A DNA stretch of 64,000 bases from the human T2T-CHM13v2.0 reference genome, Homo sapiens, in NCBI RefSeq assembly GCF_009914755.1, contig NC_060934.1. One strand, 5' to 3'. Shown in pieces: positions 31,233-45,706 of the stretch. Within the stretch, counting starts at the first letter, position 1. Every line of letters starts with the position of its first letter. The notes under the pieces were generated by a model. It worked only from the letters and a program-made list of their open reading frames with translations. It made no database searches and was not told the DNA's origin. The translations under genes and the position numbers were made by a program.

Positions 31233-31361
31233 TTTTCTTTTTAGAGAGATGGGGTCTCACTACATTGCCCAGGCTGGTATCAAACTCCTGGGCTCAAGGT
31301 ATCCTCCTACCTTGGCCTCCCAAAGTGCTGGGATTATACGCGTGAGCCAACACAACCAGCC
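31233..31361 (-). mobile_element. FLAM / Alu monomer
   Basis: Reverse monomer of about 130 bp. Confidence 0.8.
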
Positions 31362-31866
31362 CAGAAGCATTATTTGTAATAGCAAAAACAAGGAAAGAAA
31401 GATAGAAATGTCCATCCAGAGGACATTAAATACATTGTGGTACGTCTGTACATTGGAACATTAATCAATTTTTAATGACAACGCTACATGTACTAATATA
31501 AAAAATTACATATTACATGATAAATACATATGCACATACAAACACAATTTCTGGAAGGAAAGAAAACAAAAGGTTAACAGTAGTTAACTTTGGGAAATGG
31601 GAATGGGGTCATAGCATGCATTGTCAATGTAGTGATTTCATCCTCAAGGAGATAAGAGAAAAGATCTTGGATATTACAATGGCTTATGGCCCTTCAAAGA
31701 GTCACAGTGCATAAAACGCCTAAAAAGTTTCCTTAGGAGAGTGATAATGAAATAAAGATTGAGAAACAATGGGTCAGATAGAATAGTTAATTGTACTTTT
31801 CACTTTACACACTTGTTTTCTATAAGCATGTGTTTATTTTTGCATTTATTTTAAAAAAGGTTCACA

Positions 31867-32217
<351 letters not shown>

Positions 32218-33828
32218 TTAGCCCACACTGCATGTTCATCTCATGGGGGGTTGCCAAACTGTTGTTCTTCAGCAACCACTCCCTAACTTTCAGAGGAAAA
32301 TGCATTGTTGATAAGTACCTGGTGATTCAGATGCAGCTGGCCCTTGTACCACACTTTGAAAAATACTGATGTAAAACCAAGTTTGCACTTGAAAACAAGG
32401 CAACATTTAATTCCAAACAGCTTTCTACTGGCTGATCTCATATGCACCCAAGATTGTCAATGCTTCCGTTTTCCCAGACTGACGTGGTCATTGTGGTAGG
32501 CAATAGTTTCAGACTGTTTTGTCAAAATAATGCTCCAGTTATTTCCTGGCCTAGAAGCCAATGGAATACTGGATGCATCTTTTAATTACTAACTTGCTCT
32601 AAGAATAAGCTTGACTAGATTTCCATGTGAACTTAAGTATCATCTCAATAATCTTGGGGAAAACGATACTAACTCTAAAGGTGAAAAGAGGTTTAAAATT
32701 GCTTTAAAACCAATTACCTCACCATAGGAAATCCATTTTAAATACTGTTAGCCCAAAAATTGCCCATTATTGGGGTGGTGGTGGTTGTTTTCCTCTTATG
32801 TATGTCCTTATTATTAAATAGCCATCTCTCTTCAAAATTTCATCAACTTGGAAATGACATGGCATTACTACACTGAACAGTTTAGCAGACATGTGTTGTC
32901 TGTGTCTGCCCGGTCAGCATCCTCATGGTAGTGCACCCCATTCTGTTTTGGACTATTCCTCCAATCTTTGCAGGGGCTGCCAATTAAAGTATCCTGCCCT
33001 CCCGTGGCCAAAGTATTTGAATACATGAGATTGGCCAAACTAGGCCAATCAGACACTCCTCCTGGAATTTACATGCCTAGCACTATCTCTAGACCAGGAA
33101 CTCCTCACCAGCAGGGGCAAGGTCTTATTCAGCTCTATCTCTCTGATGCCTAGCACAGTGCCTGGCTATGAATATTCAATGCATGTGGGCTGAATGAATT
33201 ATACAGAAAATCATGCACCTTAAACAAATGCTGAACTAAGTCTATCATTTTCCCACTGAATTCCGGAGGGGGAGCAAATTGTATGATGTTTTGTAAGGGA
33301 AATATCCACTTTAGTAGCTAGGAAATATGCCTCGGAAATAGTATCCAAAGTTGCCATTTCTCGGTGCATTAAAGATGTCAATCAGTCCAATAAAATAAAG
33401 CCCCAAAAAAGACAAAAGGAGAATTACCTCATTACCTCAACATCTGCTTGAACATAAGCAATCACACACTGGCTAATTTTTTTTAAAGGGACATAATATA
33501 ACTTTCTGGAAAGACATAATATAGCTAATTATACCATTCACTAGGAGGGAACATAAAATGTTTTGAAGTAATTCAGAAGTGGGTGTGATTTATAAGACAT
33601 AGAGCTTAGGGAATGGTAAGTATAAATTAGAGATTGTTCATATTATGACAGACTCCGTCATTACATTTCACAACTTTTGTCAAAAGCAACCTTATTCACC
33701 ACACCACTAAAGGCTTCACGTTAGGGAAGGCTGCTGTCAGCTTTGTGGTTTAGAGTAGACAGGAATCTCCTTTCTGAACACTCTCCTGGGGAACTGGTTC
33801 AAGTTTTAGACTTAAAACTTACTAAGGC

Positions 33829-34123
33829 AGGGCAAAATGAAGAGAGATTGTTTAATGGGTTCAAACATAGTTAGATACAAGGAGTAAGTTTTAACATTTT
33901 GATAGCAAAGTAGGGTGACTACAGTTAACAACAATGTATTATATATTTCAAAAGAGATAGAAGAGAGGACTTGAAATGTTCTCAACTCATTGAAATGATA
34001 AATACTGGAGGTAATGGATATCCCAAATACCCTGACTTGATCATTATGCATTCTAAGCATGTAACAAAATACCCCATGTCTTCTATAAATATGTACAAGT
34101 CTCATGTATCAGTTTAAAAAAAA
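33829..34123 (+). mobile_element. 5'-truncated L1MA 3' end
   Basis: AGTAGGGTGACTACAGTTAACAACAATGTATT...CCCTGACTTGATCATTATGCATT, A tail, flanking similar repeats actaaggcagg / actaaggaagg. Confidence 0.75.
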
Positions 34124-36106
34124 ATCACTAAGGAAGGACCCATATGATGAAACCTAAATGGCCAATGGCCATGTAAAAAGATTTCAAACATCACTAATAA
34201 CCAGAGCAATGCAAATCTTAAAAGGTAACATTCTGCCCATTAGATTGGCAAAAATTCAAAAACTTGTCAGGCCATCAAATGAATAAAGATTGCTATTAGC
34301 CAGAGTTGACCAATGTGTGGGGAAATGGGTACTGCTGAAGGATATCTGAACTGGTATAATCATTTTGGAGGGCACTTTTGCAATGTCTAGCAAAAGTAAA
34401 TGTCCGTGCCCTCTAATCCAACAATTCCATTTCTTCTAAGAATCTATCCTAGAATAAAAAAGTAATTGTACATTTATTCATATGATAACTTGAATAGTAC
34501 CTGTCTTCTCTTCTAGAAAATTAATTTGGTGACAAGGACTGTGTAGTTCACTATTTACACCCCTAGTGCCTACCACATGGACCTGACATATGGTGGTACT
34601 TGATAAGTATTTGTTGAAGGAATGAATAAATATGTTTACTCAGCATTATTAAGGGAAAATAACATATTTGATAAATAGTGGTTCTTCTTGCTCACACTAA
34701 ATAGGGGTAGTGGAATTATCACTCAGAATATTAACATTGTGAGTAAAAAGGTAGTAACAGGTAGTAAAAATTACTATTTTCAAAAATAAACCATGCAACC
34801 ATCAGCTTACAAAATTGATCATAGTATGTACTGTTAAATGCCCAAAGACCCAGTTACCTGTTCTTCCAAATCCCTAGCTTCCCAATTAGTTCTACAGGTC
34901 AAACAGTAACTGAACACTTTTGAAGTAAATTGTTTCCACAGTCTGTGATCCAATGACAAGCAAACTACCTGGTTTTGAAATGTATAAAAATCACACTGTG
35001 GGCTGAAAAAATCCCAACACCTTTGTAACTAGACTCACTATCCCCAAAAGTGTACCTTTTAAGAAACACAACTTTGAATATCTAACTGTTCTATTACCTT
35101 TCATATGCACTTAATCAAGGAAATATATCCTCTAAAAATACCAATGCCAAGGATTTGTTTATTTTCCAATACAATGCAATAGGAGAAAGAGCCACAAATA
35201 TAGAAATCCTTTTTGTCAGGCCTCAAACCCAACATAGGAATGGAGAATGTGTTCCGAAATCAAATATAAGCAATTTGCAGATTATCTACATTGTTAATCG
35301 ACCCTTGATTATACAAGAAATGAAAGGGAAAATTTTTTTATGTTTATCATTATTCGAAAACTGACCAACCATAAGAAGATCTGATATCCACTGACAGATA
35401 TTACCTATAATGAAAGCTCCACAAATCTAGAATATGAATCAAGTTTTAATGTTTTGGGTTGGGCGAAGGTGTATTAAATATAAAATACCAGTCAGTAGAA
35501 TCCAGTCCCTCGCTAAAACACTTGAGAAACTTCAGATAAAGGCATTCTGTCCACCCACTAAATTCACTGATGCTTGTGACTTTATGACCTCAGGCTAATC
35601 TAGGATGCCAGGTAAAGGTGCTGGGAAGGCCAAAGAGACTAACATTTATCCAGCACTTTCTAGATGCTGGATATCACAGAAGAATGTGTTATGTCCATTT
35701 CAGAGGTTAAATAATTTCCCCAGGGTCACACAGTAAACAGTAATGTTGAAATTTGTTTGCCAGAGTGTGGCTTCAGAGGAATCCGGGAGCACTTCCCAAC
35801 GGTGTCTGTGGTTTTACGCAACAACAGGTAAGAGTACTGGACAGGACCTCAGAAAGTCCTCCAGTTTCACCCTCGCCTTTAGTCAGGTCGGCCTTGATTG
35901 ACCAGAAGATCCACGGAAGGAAAGAGACTCCTCCAAGTTCACAGAGCAGGTGAGCTGGGCCAAGAGAAGTGAAAGAGCTGCAACTAAATACCAGGTTTTG
36001 CCACAGAGCAGGGATCCTTCCATTACATGGTCTTGTCAGCAAGACATTCAGAAAAGTACATGTTCCTACACATTTTTACTTCCTTTAAATCTGTATGGTT
36101 CCTCCC

Positions 36107-36419
36107 TTTATTTCTTTATTATTTATTATTATTATTTTTTTTTGGAGATGGAGTTTCGTTCTTGTTGCCCAGGCTGGAGTGCAACGGCGCCATCTTGGCT
36201 CACCGCAACCTCCGCCTCCTGGCGATTCTCCTGCCTCAGCCTCCCGGGTAGCTGGGATTACAGGCATGCACCACCACGCCCGGCTAATTTTGTATTTTTA
36301 GTAGAGACAGGGGTTCTCCATGTTGGTTAGGCTGGTCTCGAACTCCTGACCTTAGGTGATCCACCTGCCTCGGCCTCCCAAATTGCTGAGATTACAGGCG
36401 TGAGCCACCGCACCCGGCT
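36107..36419 (-). mobile_element. AluS
   Basis: TSD ggttcctccc. Confidence 0.94.
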
Positions 36420-37254
36420 GGTTCCTCCCTGTCTTGACCCACATTCGCAGACCACCCTTTGGTCAGGGTAATAATGATAAGTGTTTAAATGTGATAGGTT
36501 AGCATTTGGTTGTTGATCTGGTTTGGTTCAGAAGTGTGGTAACTGATGAAAAAAATGATTGACTGAAGCAGGTCTTTATTAAAGGATAATCCCCAGTTAC
36601 CAAGCAGTACAGAAATGCGTGCGCATGGCCTGGCTCTCCTTCGCCCAGCGTCAACCCTGTTAATTCTGAAAGCTCAACACTGGCAGGATGTTGACCTTGC
36701 TGACTAATAAACTGCTAAAATTGAGAAGTGATTAAAAAAAAAATTATGGCCTGAAAATCCCAGCTGGGCAAGGAAAGAGGAACTAGACCGAATCCAAACG
36801 AAAAGCTGGGAAGGGTGTGAAACAGCCCTACAGGCCACCCAGCGCCAACAAATGTGTAAGGGTGGGGCCAAGCTAGCTGAGCCGCCCAAAGCAGCCAAAA
36901 TATCCTGCCCCACCCGCTTCTCCGGCAAGGAAGGTGGCACTGTGCAACCTCGTCCGCACTGAATCCTCGTCCCTTCCCCCAGCCCCCGATCGCCAGCAAA
37001 CGCAACCAGCGGGCAGCGGGTCTCGAGCTGCGGGGCCTGACTAGCCCCGACACTCCGCGTTATCCTCGGTCCAGAGCTTTCCCAGGCGCGCCGGCCACGG
37101 AGGACGCTTCTCTGCGGGTGACGGAGCTACTGCGGTGACCACGGCGGCCGCCACGTCTCCCGCCCGGCTTCCAACTGCCCTGGCCCCAGCGCCCTGGGGC
37201 CGTCCCCGCCCACGGGCCGCGGCTGCCCACACCTGGCGCCCGCGTGCTGCCTAC

Positions 37255-37312
37255 CTTGCTCCTTCAGACTGGTAATGAGCTGCAGCTGCTTCTCTTCGTC
37301 CGAGCTGTTCAT
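37255..37312 (-). CDS. SHTN1: Shootin-1 coding exon 1 (MNSSDEEKQLQLITSLKEQ + 1 nt)
   Basis: ATG at 37312 in context GCCAAAATGA; 58 nt ending in donor CAAG|GTAGGC; peptide recognised as the shootin-1 N-terminus; inside CpG island. Confidence 0.96.
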
Positions 37313-37413
37313 TTTGGCGGGTGGGGCCGGGAATAAAAGGGAAAGAGGGAGCGGCGCGGGGCACACAGGAGGAGGGGGAAGAAAAAGCAAGATGCCGGTG
37401 GCTTGCGGCTCCA

Positions 37414-37479
37414 CTACCCGGAAGTTGGATCCGCTCCCGCTCCTCCTCCTCCTGGCGCGGAGCGCGCGAGTGAGATCAT
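37414..37479 (-). other. Candidate uORF (MISLARSAPGGGGAGADPTSG*) in the SHTN1 leader
   Basis: ATG at 37479 (GGGATGA, purine at -3), TAG ending at 37414, 101 nt upstream of the main ATG and in a different frame. Confidence 0.5.
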
Positions 37480-38518
37480 CCCCACGCACCTACTCGGCGG
37501 CTGCGGCCGCTTCACCTGCAGGCGGGGCGGGGCGGGCCCAGCAGTCCCGTGCAGGGGGTGGAGGAACGAGGGCGGGTCGGCAGCCGCTATGCCAGCCTGT
37601 GGCTGCCGGCGCGGCAGGACGCGCTGGTGGGAGGGGGGGCGGCCCTGCGTGGGGTCGCTCCGCACCCTTTTCTCCGCCTCCACCTCCCGGACTCAGGGAC
37701 GCGAGTTCAGAGAAAACCGGCTGTGGGTTCGCAGCGTGTGTGGGAACTCCACTTTGGACGCTTCCCGGGGGTCGCTCCCAAAGAACCACAGAGGTAGAGC
37801 GGGACGCAATGAGCCATGAACGCCTGGGCTTCTTCCCTAGTTTTCCCGCAGTAGACTCTGGGGGCGCGGTTGCAAAACCTAGCTGCCCACAGGGGCGGGC
37901 CCAGGGTGGTACATTTTGCACCTTGAAGAGGAGACAAGGATCGAATCAGGCCGCTCAGCTACTTAAATGACCATGCCGTGAGTGAAGGAGGGCCCTGGCT
38001 AGCTTTCCCCCATCGCACCAGGTTTGCCAGGTGGTCAGAACGTGGACCCTGCTGCACGTGGATGGTGGGGCCTGGAGGGCCCTTGCAGATCATCTGGTTG
38101 GTGGCGGGATGACCTTCCCTTTAGAGAGGGTGCCACTGCAGTCCGAATGCCGAAGGTCACGCAGCCCCCGGGCAGCAGAGGCTGGCAGTTAAGCCAAGCG
38201 TTTGTCCCAGTTCACTGCCCTCTGAACTATTTGAACTCATGTCTGTGTTAGACCATGCCCAGGAGAGAAGTGGCAGGTCTGCATTGTTTCAAAGGTGCTT
38301 CTCCCCAACCCCTAGTTGCGAGCTAACCTTTGGTCAAGTCTCCTGCATCTTTGAACTTCATCTGAAGAATAGGAAGAATAGTGATACCTACTCTCAAGGA
38401 AGAGTTGTAAGGATTTAATAGAGGAAGATTAACAAAACACCAAGTCCAGAATTTATAATGCAGTTTTTTTTTGTTTTTTTTTTTGTTTTTTTGTTTTTAA
38501 TAAAGATTACAGGTCTGT

Positions 38519-38855
<337 letters not shown>

Positions 38856-39731
38856 CTATAAGCTGAAGGTTGCAGTTCTTTTACACTGATCATTAAGCAT
38901 GGGAGATAAGTCCAAACTGAATTAGACTTATTGCACAGCTTGGTTTTTCTCACTACCTCTAAGCTCTTAGTTTGGGTACAGCAACAGCACAGTGCTGCTC
39001 ATTCCTCAATTGCTGTTTTATGGAAGTGCCCAGCTCCATTTCTTGTGTTCATTTCTCCATGATAGTTGTAGAGTGAGGTTGAGATATGGGTAAATCCTGT
39101 AACTAGTGTCTTTCTGATACTCACTACATGCTAACTAAAATTTTGAAAAAAAAAATGGTAGCACTGCTTTCTCTTTCTCTAAAATGGCAATATAGTACTT
39201 TAGCATGAGTGATTTAGGGGTAGAATGATCTAAAAGGGCAGCATAGTATTTTTTAATACAGTGTATTAAAATGTTTAAAGTTTAAAAATAATTTTGATAT
39301 GGGATTGTATTATTCAGCCCTTTCCCTAGGTATGCGTAAGATAATTCAAGATAGTTGCAGATAGCTGCCATGAAGATCCCCAGGAGATAATAATAAAAAA
39401 ATCCGGGAGATTTTAATGAAAAATAATGGACATTTAGCTTTTGTCCAGCAGTTGGGAAACCTGTTAAACCTGATGAGTCATCCTGACTCATTCTCTCTCA
39501 CTCTACCAAATACAAGCAGAGTGCCCATTAAATATTTGGCTTAGTTCACAAAGTTCCATTTTTTTTTAATGGCTGATTTGTCTACTCCAATTATACAGTA
39601 GTTAGATAGTATTTCTGGAGTTTAAGAATGAGTTAATTATCAAATCTATAATCAAACTTTTGGTTCCATACTAAATCTGCGGCCTCTTGCAATTAATCCC
39701 ATTTATCCTCCTTAAAATTAGAAAAGGCTCC

Positions 39732-39814
39732 TGAGCTGAGATTCTGCCACTGCACTGCAGCCTGGGTGACAGAGCGAGACTCCATCTCAAAAAAAAAAAA
39801 AAAAAAAAAAAAAA
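39732..39814 (+). mobile_element. Severely 5'-truncated Alu
   Basis: Last ~57 bp of the right arm + A26; flanking repeat ctcctga. Confidence 0.9.
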
Positions 39815-40003
39815 CTCCTGAAATACAATATGGCATTCACTTGAGGACATGGTATGAATTATTAGGAGGGCTATTAGAGTCCTTATTGGGATTCAGTTCT
39901 CCCATTACACTATTGTTTATTTATATGATATGAATATTGATGGAAAGGATAGAAGTGATAAATTAGTTTTTGTTCCGTTTAATAATATACAGAGTGATGG
40001 CTA

Positions 40004-40279
<276 letters not shown>

Positions 40280-41058
40280 TCACGTTGGAGTTACTATTGA
40301 CCTCCAAATAACAGGTCATTTAAAACCCTTAAAAATGTGTGTGTTTACATATATATATACAAATATATACATAGAGATAAAGGACAGACTTTTAAAAAAT
40401 GAATTGGAAGAATATGTGCCAAACTCAGGATAATGGCTGTCTCTAGGGATAGAAAGTAGGGGAACAGGACCAAGGTGTGGGGGTTGGAGTGTGAAAGTGC
40501 AGTGGTCAAGAAGGAGTTTCTCTTTAATCTTTATTTAATTTTTCAGGTAATTAAAGTAAAATCACATATGTCATCTTTTGAGGTATACAGATAAATAAGA
40601 TTGAAATACAATGAGGAGAAGAAGGTTCACTGTCTTTGATCCACTAATTCTATATCAGGGAATCTATCCTAAAAGGCTTATGTACAGAGCTATTTAATGT
40701 AATGTTAATTATCATATGAAAATGGCAATATTGGAATATTATTTGGTAATAAAAATAAAGTACTGATATATGGTACAACACAGATGAAATTTGAAAACAT
40801 TATACTCAGTGAAAACTTGATCAGAAAAGACCAGATATTGTATGATTGCACTTGTATAAAATGATCACAACAGGCAAATCCATAGAGGGAGAAAGTTGAT
40901 TGGTGAGTATCTACTGAGGTGGGGTGAAAGTAGGGGAGGTCTGGGAGAAAACAGGGAATGGCTGCTGATAGGTGTGTGGTTAATTGTTGGGGTAATACAA
41001 ATTTTCTAAAATTAATTGTGGTAATGGTTGTACAATTCTCTGAATATACTCAAAACTA

Positions 41059-41371
<313 letters not shown>

Positions 41372-41857
41372 ATATCAACCAAATATGCACAAAAGGAAAG
41401 GAGAAAGAAGTCAAAATGATTACCAAAAACATACACATTTTTTTAAAAACTAAGTATAAAATAAGGCAATAATGAAGCAAATGAAGAGCAAAAGAGCTAT
41501 AAGACATATAGATAATACATAGCAAAATTGCAGAAATAAGTCATTTCTTATTAACTGTAACTTTAAATGAAGATGGCTTAAACTCTCCAAAAGGCAAACA
41601 CTGGCAGGATGCAAAAAAAAGTATGATCTAACTATATGATGTCTACAAAATATTTATTTTAGATCCAAAGACAACAATAGATTTAAAGCAAAATGGTAGG
41701 AAAAAATTTAATTAGTAACCAAAAGAGAGTTGGGGTGGTTATATTAATATCAGACAAAACAGACTTTAAGTCAAAAACTGTTACAATAAACAAAAGTCTA
41801 TATTCACAAAAGGGTTGATTCGGTAAGAATATATAATTACTATAAACATATATACAA

Positions 41858-42159
<302 letters not shown>

Positions 42160-44091
42160 CTTATGGAATACCGTGAAGACAGTGCTCAGAGAGAAATTTA
42201 TAGTTCTAATTACTACATTATAAAAGAAAGATACAAAATCAATAAGGTAACTGTACACCTTGAGAAAATAGACAAGCAAAATAAACCTAAAGTTAGCAGA
42301 AGGAATAAAATAATGAAGATTAGAGTGGAGATAAAATAAAAGACAATAGAAAAATAATAGAATTAATAAAAAGCTATTTCTTTGAAAGTATCAAAATTGA
42401 CAATCCTTTCCCTAAATTAACGAAGAAAAAAAGAAATATGAAAATCAGATATTAAAATGGGGACAGTAATACCAATGATTCAGAAATAAAAAGGATTCTA
42501 AGAGAATAATAAGAACAATTATATGTCAACAAATTAAATAACCTAGAAGAAATGGACAAATTCCCAGAAACACACAAGTCACCTAAACTAACTGAAAAAG
42601 AAAATTTCAGCAGAACTATTATAAGTAGAGTAATTCAGAAAGTATTAAAAAAAGAAAAGAAAAGAAAAGAAAGACACCCTTCAATGAAAATAAGTTCAGG
42701 CCCAGATGTCTTTCCTGGTGAATTCTATCAAACATTTAAAGAATTAACACCAGTCTTTCTCAAACTTTTCTAAAACACAAAAAAGGAGAGAACACTTCCT
42801 AACTCATTCTATGAGGCCAGCATTTCTGTGATACCAAAGCCAGATAAGGATATCACAAAGAAAAGAAATGTACACACCAATTTCTCTTATGAATATGGTT
42901 GCAAAAATCCTCAACAAAATACTAACAAACCAAATCCAACAACACATTAAAAGGATTATACACCACGACCAGGTAGTACTTATTCCAGGAATGCAAAAGT
43001 GGTTCAACATAAGAAAATCAATCAATGTAATATGTCACATTAATAGGAAAAAAACCAGGTGATCATCTCAATTGAGACAGAAAAGGCATTTGACAAAAGT
43101 CAGCATCGTTTCACCATAAAAACTCTTAGCAAACCAGTAATAGATGGAACATCCTCACCATGATAAAGGGCATCTGTAAAGAAGCCACAGCTATAATCAT
43201 GGTCAATGGTGAAAGACTGAAAGCTTTCCCCCTGAAATTAGGAACGAGACAAGAATATGTGCTTTCATCACTGCTATTCAACAGTGTGCTGCAAGTTCAA
43301 TTAGACAAGAAAAAGAAAGAAAAGGCATCCAAGTTGGAAAGGAGGACGTAAAGCTATCTCTATTCACATATGACATATAGCTATATAGAGAAAATCCCAA
43401 ATAATCTGTGAAAAAGCTACTAGAGCTAATAGATGAATTCAGTAGTTTTAGCTGAATTTAGCTCTTAAGTTTAGGTCTTTGGTCCATTTTTAGTTAATTT
43501 TTGTTAGGCCTTTTCTACCTTCATACCAACTTCAGTCTTTTGCATGTGGATATCTACTTTTCCCAATACCACTTGTTAAATGGCTGTCCTTTCCCCATTG
43601 AGTGGTCTTGGTACCCTTGTTGAAAATCAACTGGTGATATACATGAGGATTTATTTTGGGGCTCTCTATTTTATTCTATTAGTCAATATGTCTGTCCTTA
43701 TGCCAGTACCATCTCTATTCATAGATGGCAAAATTTCCTATGTGGAAAATACCAAAGAATTTCTTTAAATGCTTCTAGAACAAATACTTGAGTTTAGTGA
43801 GGTTACAGGATACAAGGTCAATAAGCCCTTGAAAAGATGCTCAACATCATTAGTCATTAGACAAATGCAAAAGTCAACTGTATTCCATACACCAGCAATG
43901 AACAATTAGAATTTGACATTAAAAATTAATAACATTTACAATAGCACTAAAAATACTGAAGCACTTAGGTATAAATCTAGCAAAATATGTGAAAGATCTA
44001 GATGCCAAAAAGTATAAAATGCTGATGAAAAAAATCAAAGAGTATCTAAATAAATGGAGAGATATATTATGTTCATGAATTAGAAAACTCA

Positions 44092-44424
<333 letters not shown>

Positions 44425-45170
44425 TCAATTCTTCCAAATTTAACCTATAGATCCAATGCAATCCCAATCCAAATCCAAGCTGATCATAAAATGTATTATG
44501 GAAAGGCAAAAAACAAAACAAAACAAAAACTAGAATAGCCAAAACAATTCTGAATAAGAACAAAGTTGGAGGACTCACGCTACCTGATTTCCAAGACTAA
44601 CTATAAAGCTACAATAATTAAGACAATGTAGTATTGGCAAAAGGAAGATGCATTAACCATCCCAAAAGTTGATCCACACAAATATAGTGAATCACTTTTT
44701 TTCTGCAAAGTAACAAAACCAATTCAATGGGAAAAAAAAAATCTTTTCAAAACTTGGTGCTAGATCAACTGGACATCCTTTCTTTTTTTTATAAAAAGGA
44801 GCCGCAACACATGCCTCATAGAAAAATTAACTCAAAATGGATAATAGACCAAAATGTAAAACCTGAAACAGTAAAACTTTAAAAATGAGACACAAGAGAA
44901 AAAACCGTGTAATCTAAAGTCTGGCAATTAGTTTTTAAATACGATGCCAAAAGCGTAATCAATAAAAGAATTGATAAATTAGATTTTATGAAAGATAAAA
45001 GAAACAGATTAACAATACCTGCCATAGATGAGGGAAAATATTTACAAATTACATATTAATTCACATTTTAAAAATCACATATTAATATTTTGTATCACAC
45101 ATTAAATAAATCACATATTAATATTTTGTATTCTAAATATTTAAAGTACTCTTAAAACTCCAACAATAAG

Positions 45171-45310
45171 AGCCAATGTAGTGGCTTGTGCCTGTAATTT
45201 CAGCTCTTCAGAAGGCTGAGCTGGAGGATTTTGAGCCTAGAAGTTTAAGGCTGCAGTGAACCACTGCATTCCAGCTTGGGCAACAGAACAAGACCCCATC
45301 TCTAAAAACT
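45171..45310 (+). mobile_element. Alu monomer (FRAM/AluJ fragment)
   Basis: GTGGCTTGTGCCTGTAAT...CCACTGCATTCCAGCTTGGGCAACAGA. Confidence 0.7.
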
Positions 45311-45381
45311 ATATAAATTTTTTTAAAAATAAATATTAAAATAAGTCAAAAGTAAAAAAGATTAATTGGCAAAATATATAA

Positions 45382-45706
<325 letters not shown>

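Larger units (their letters stand above)
36940..37960. promoter_or_regulatory. CpG island / SHTN1 proximal promoter and 5'UTR
   Basis: Sharp rise in GC and CpG density; tandem GC boxes GGCGGGGCGGGGCGGG at 37521-37536; E-box CACCTG at 37513-37518; no TATA seen; surrounds exon 1. Confidence 0.9.

Noticed and set aside
37127-37254. C-terminal part of the 120-aa ORF after ...SLKEQ (GRQHAGAR...)
   Set aside because: Read-through into intron 1 past the GT donor at 37254; the real frame continues in exon 2.
37275-37970. 231-aa plus-strand ORF, and the other 80-143-aa ORFs overlapping it
   Set aside because: Antisense to or overlapping SHTN1 exon 1 in a CpG island where stops are rare; Ala/Gly/Arg/Pro low complexity; no recognisable domain.
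45072-45131. 24-bp direct repeat aaatcacatattaatattttgtat
   Set aside because: Small local duplication inside decayed L1; no further structure.
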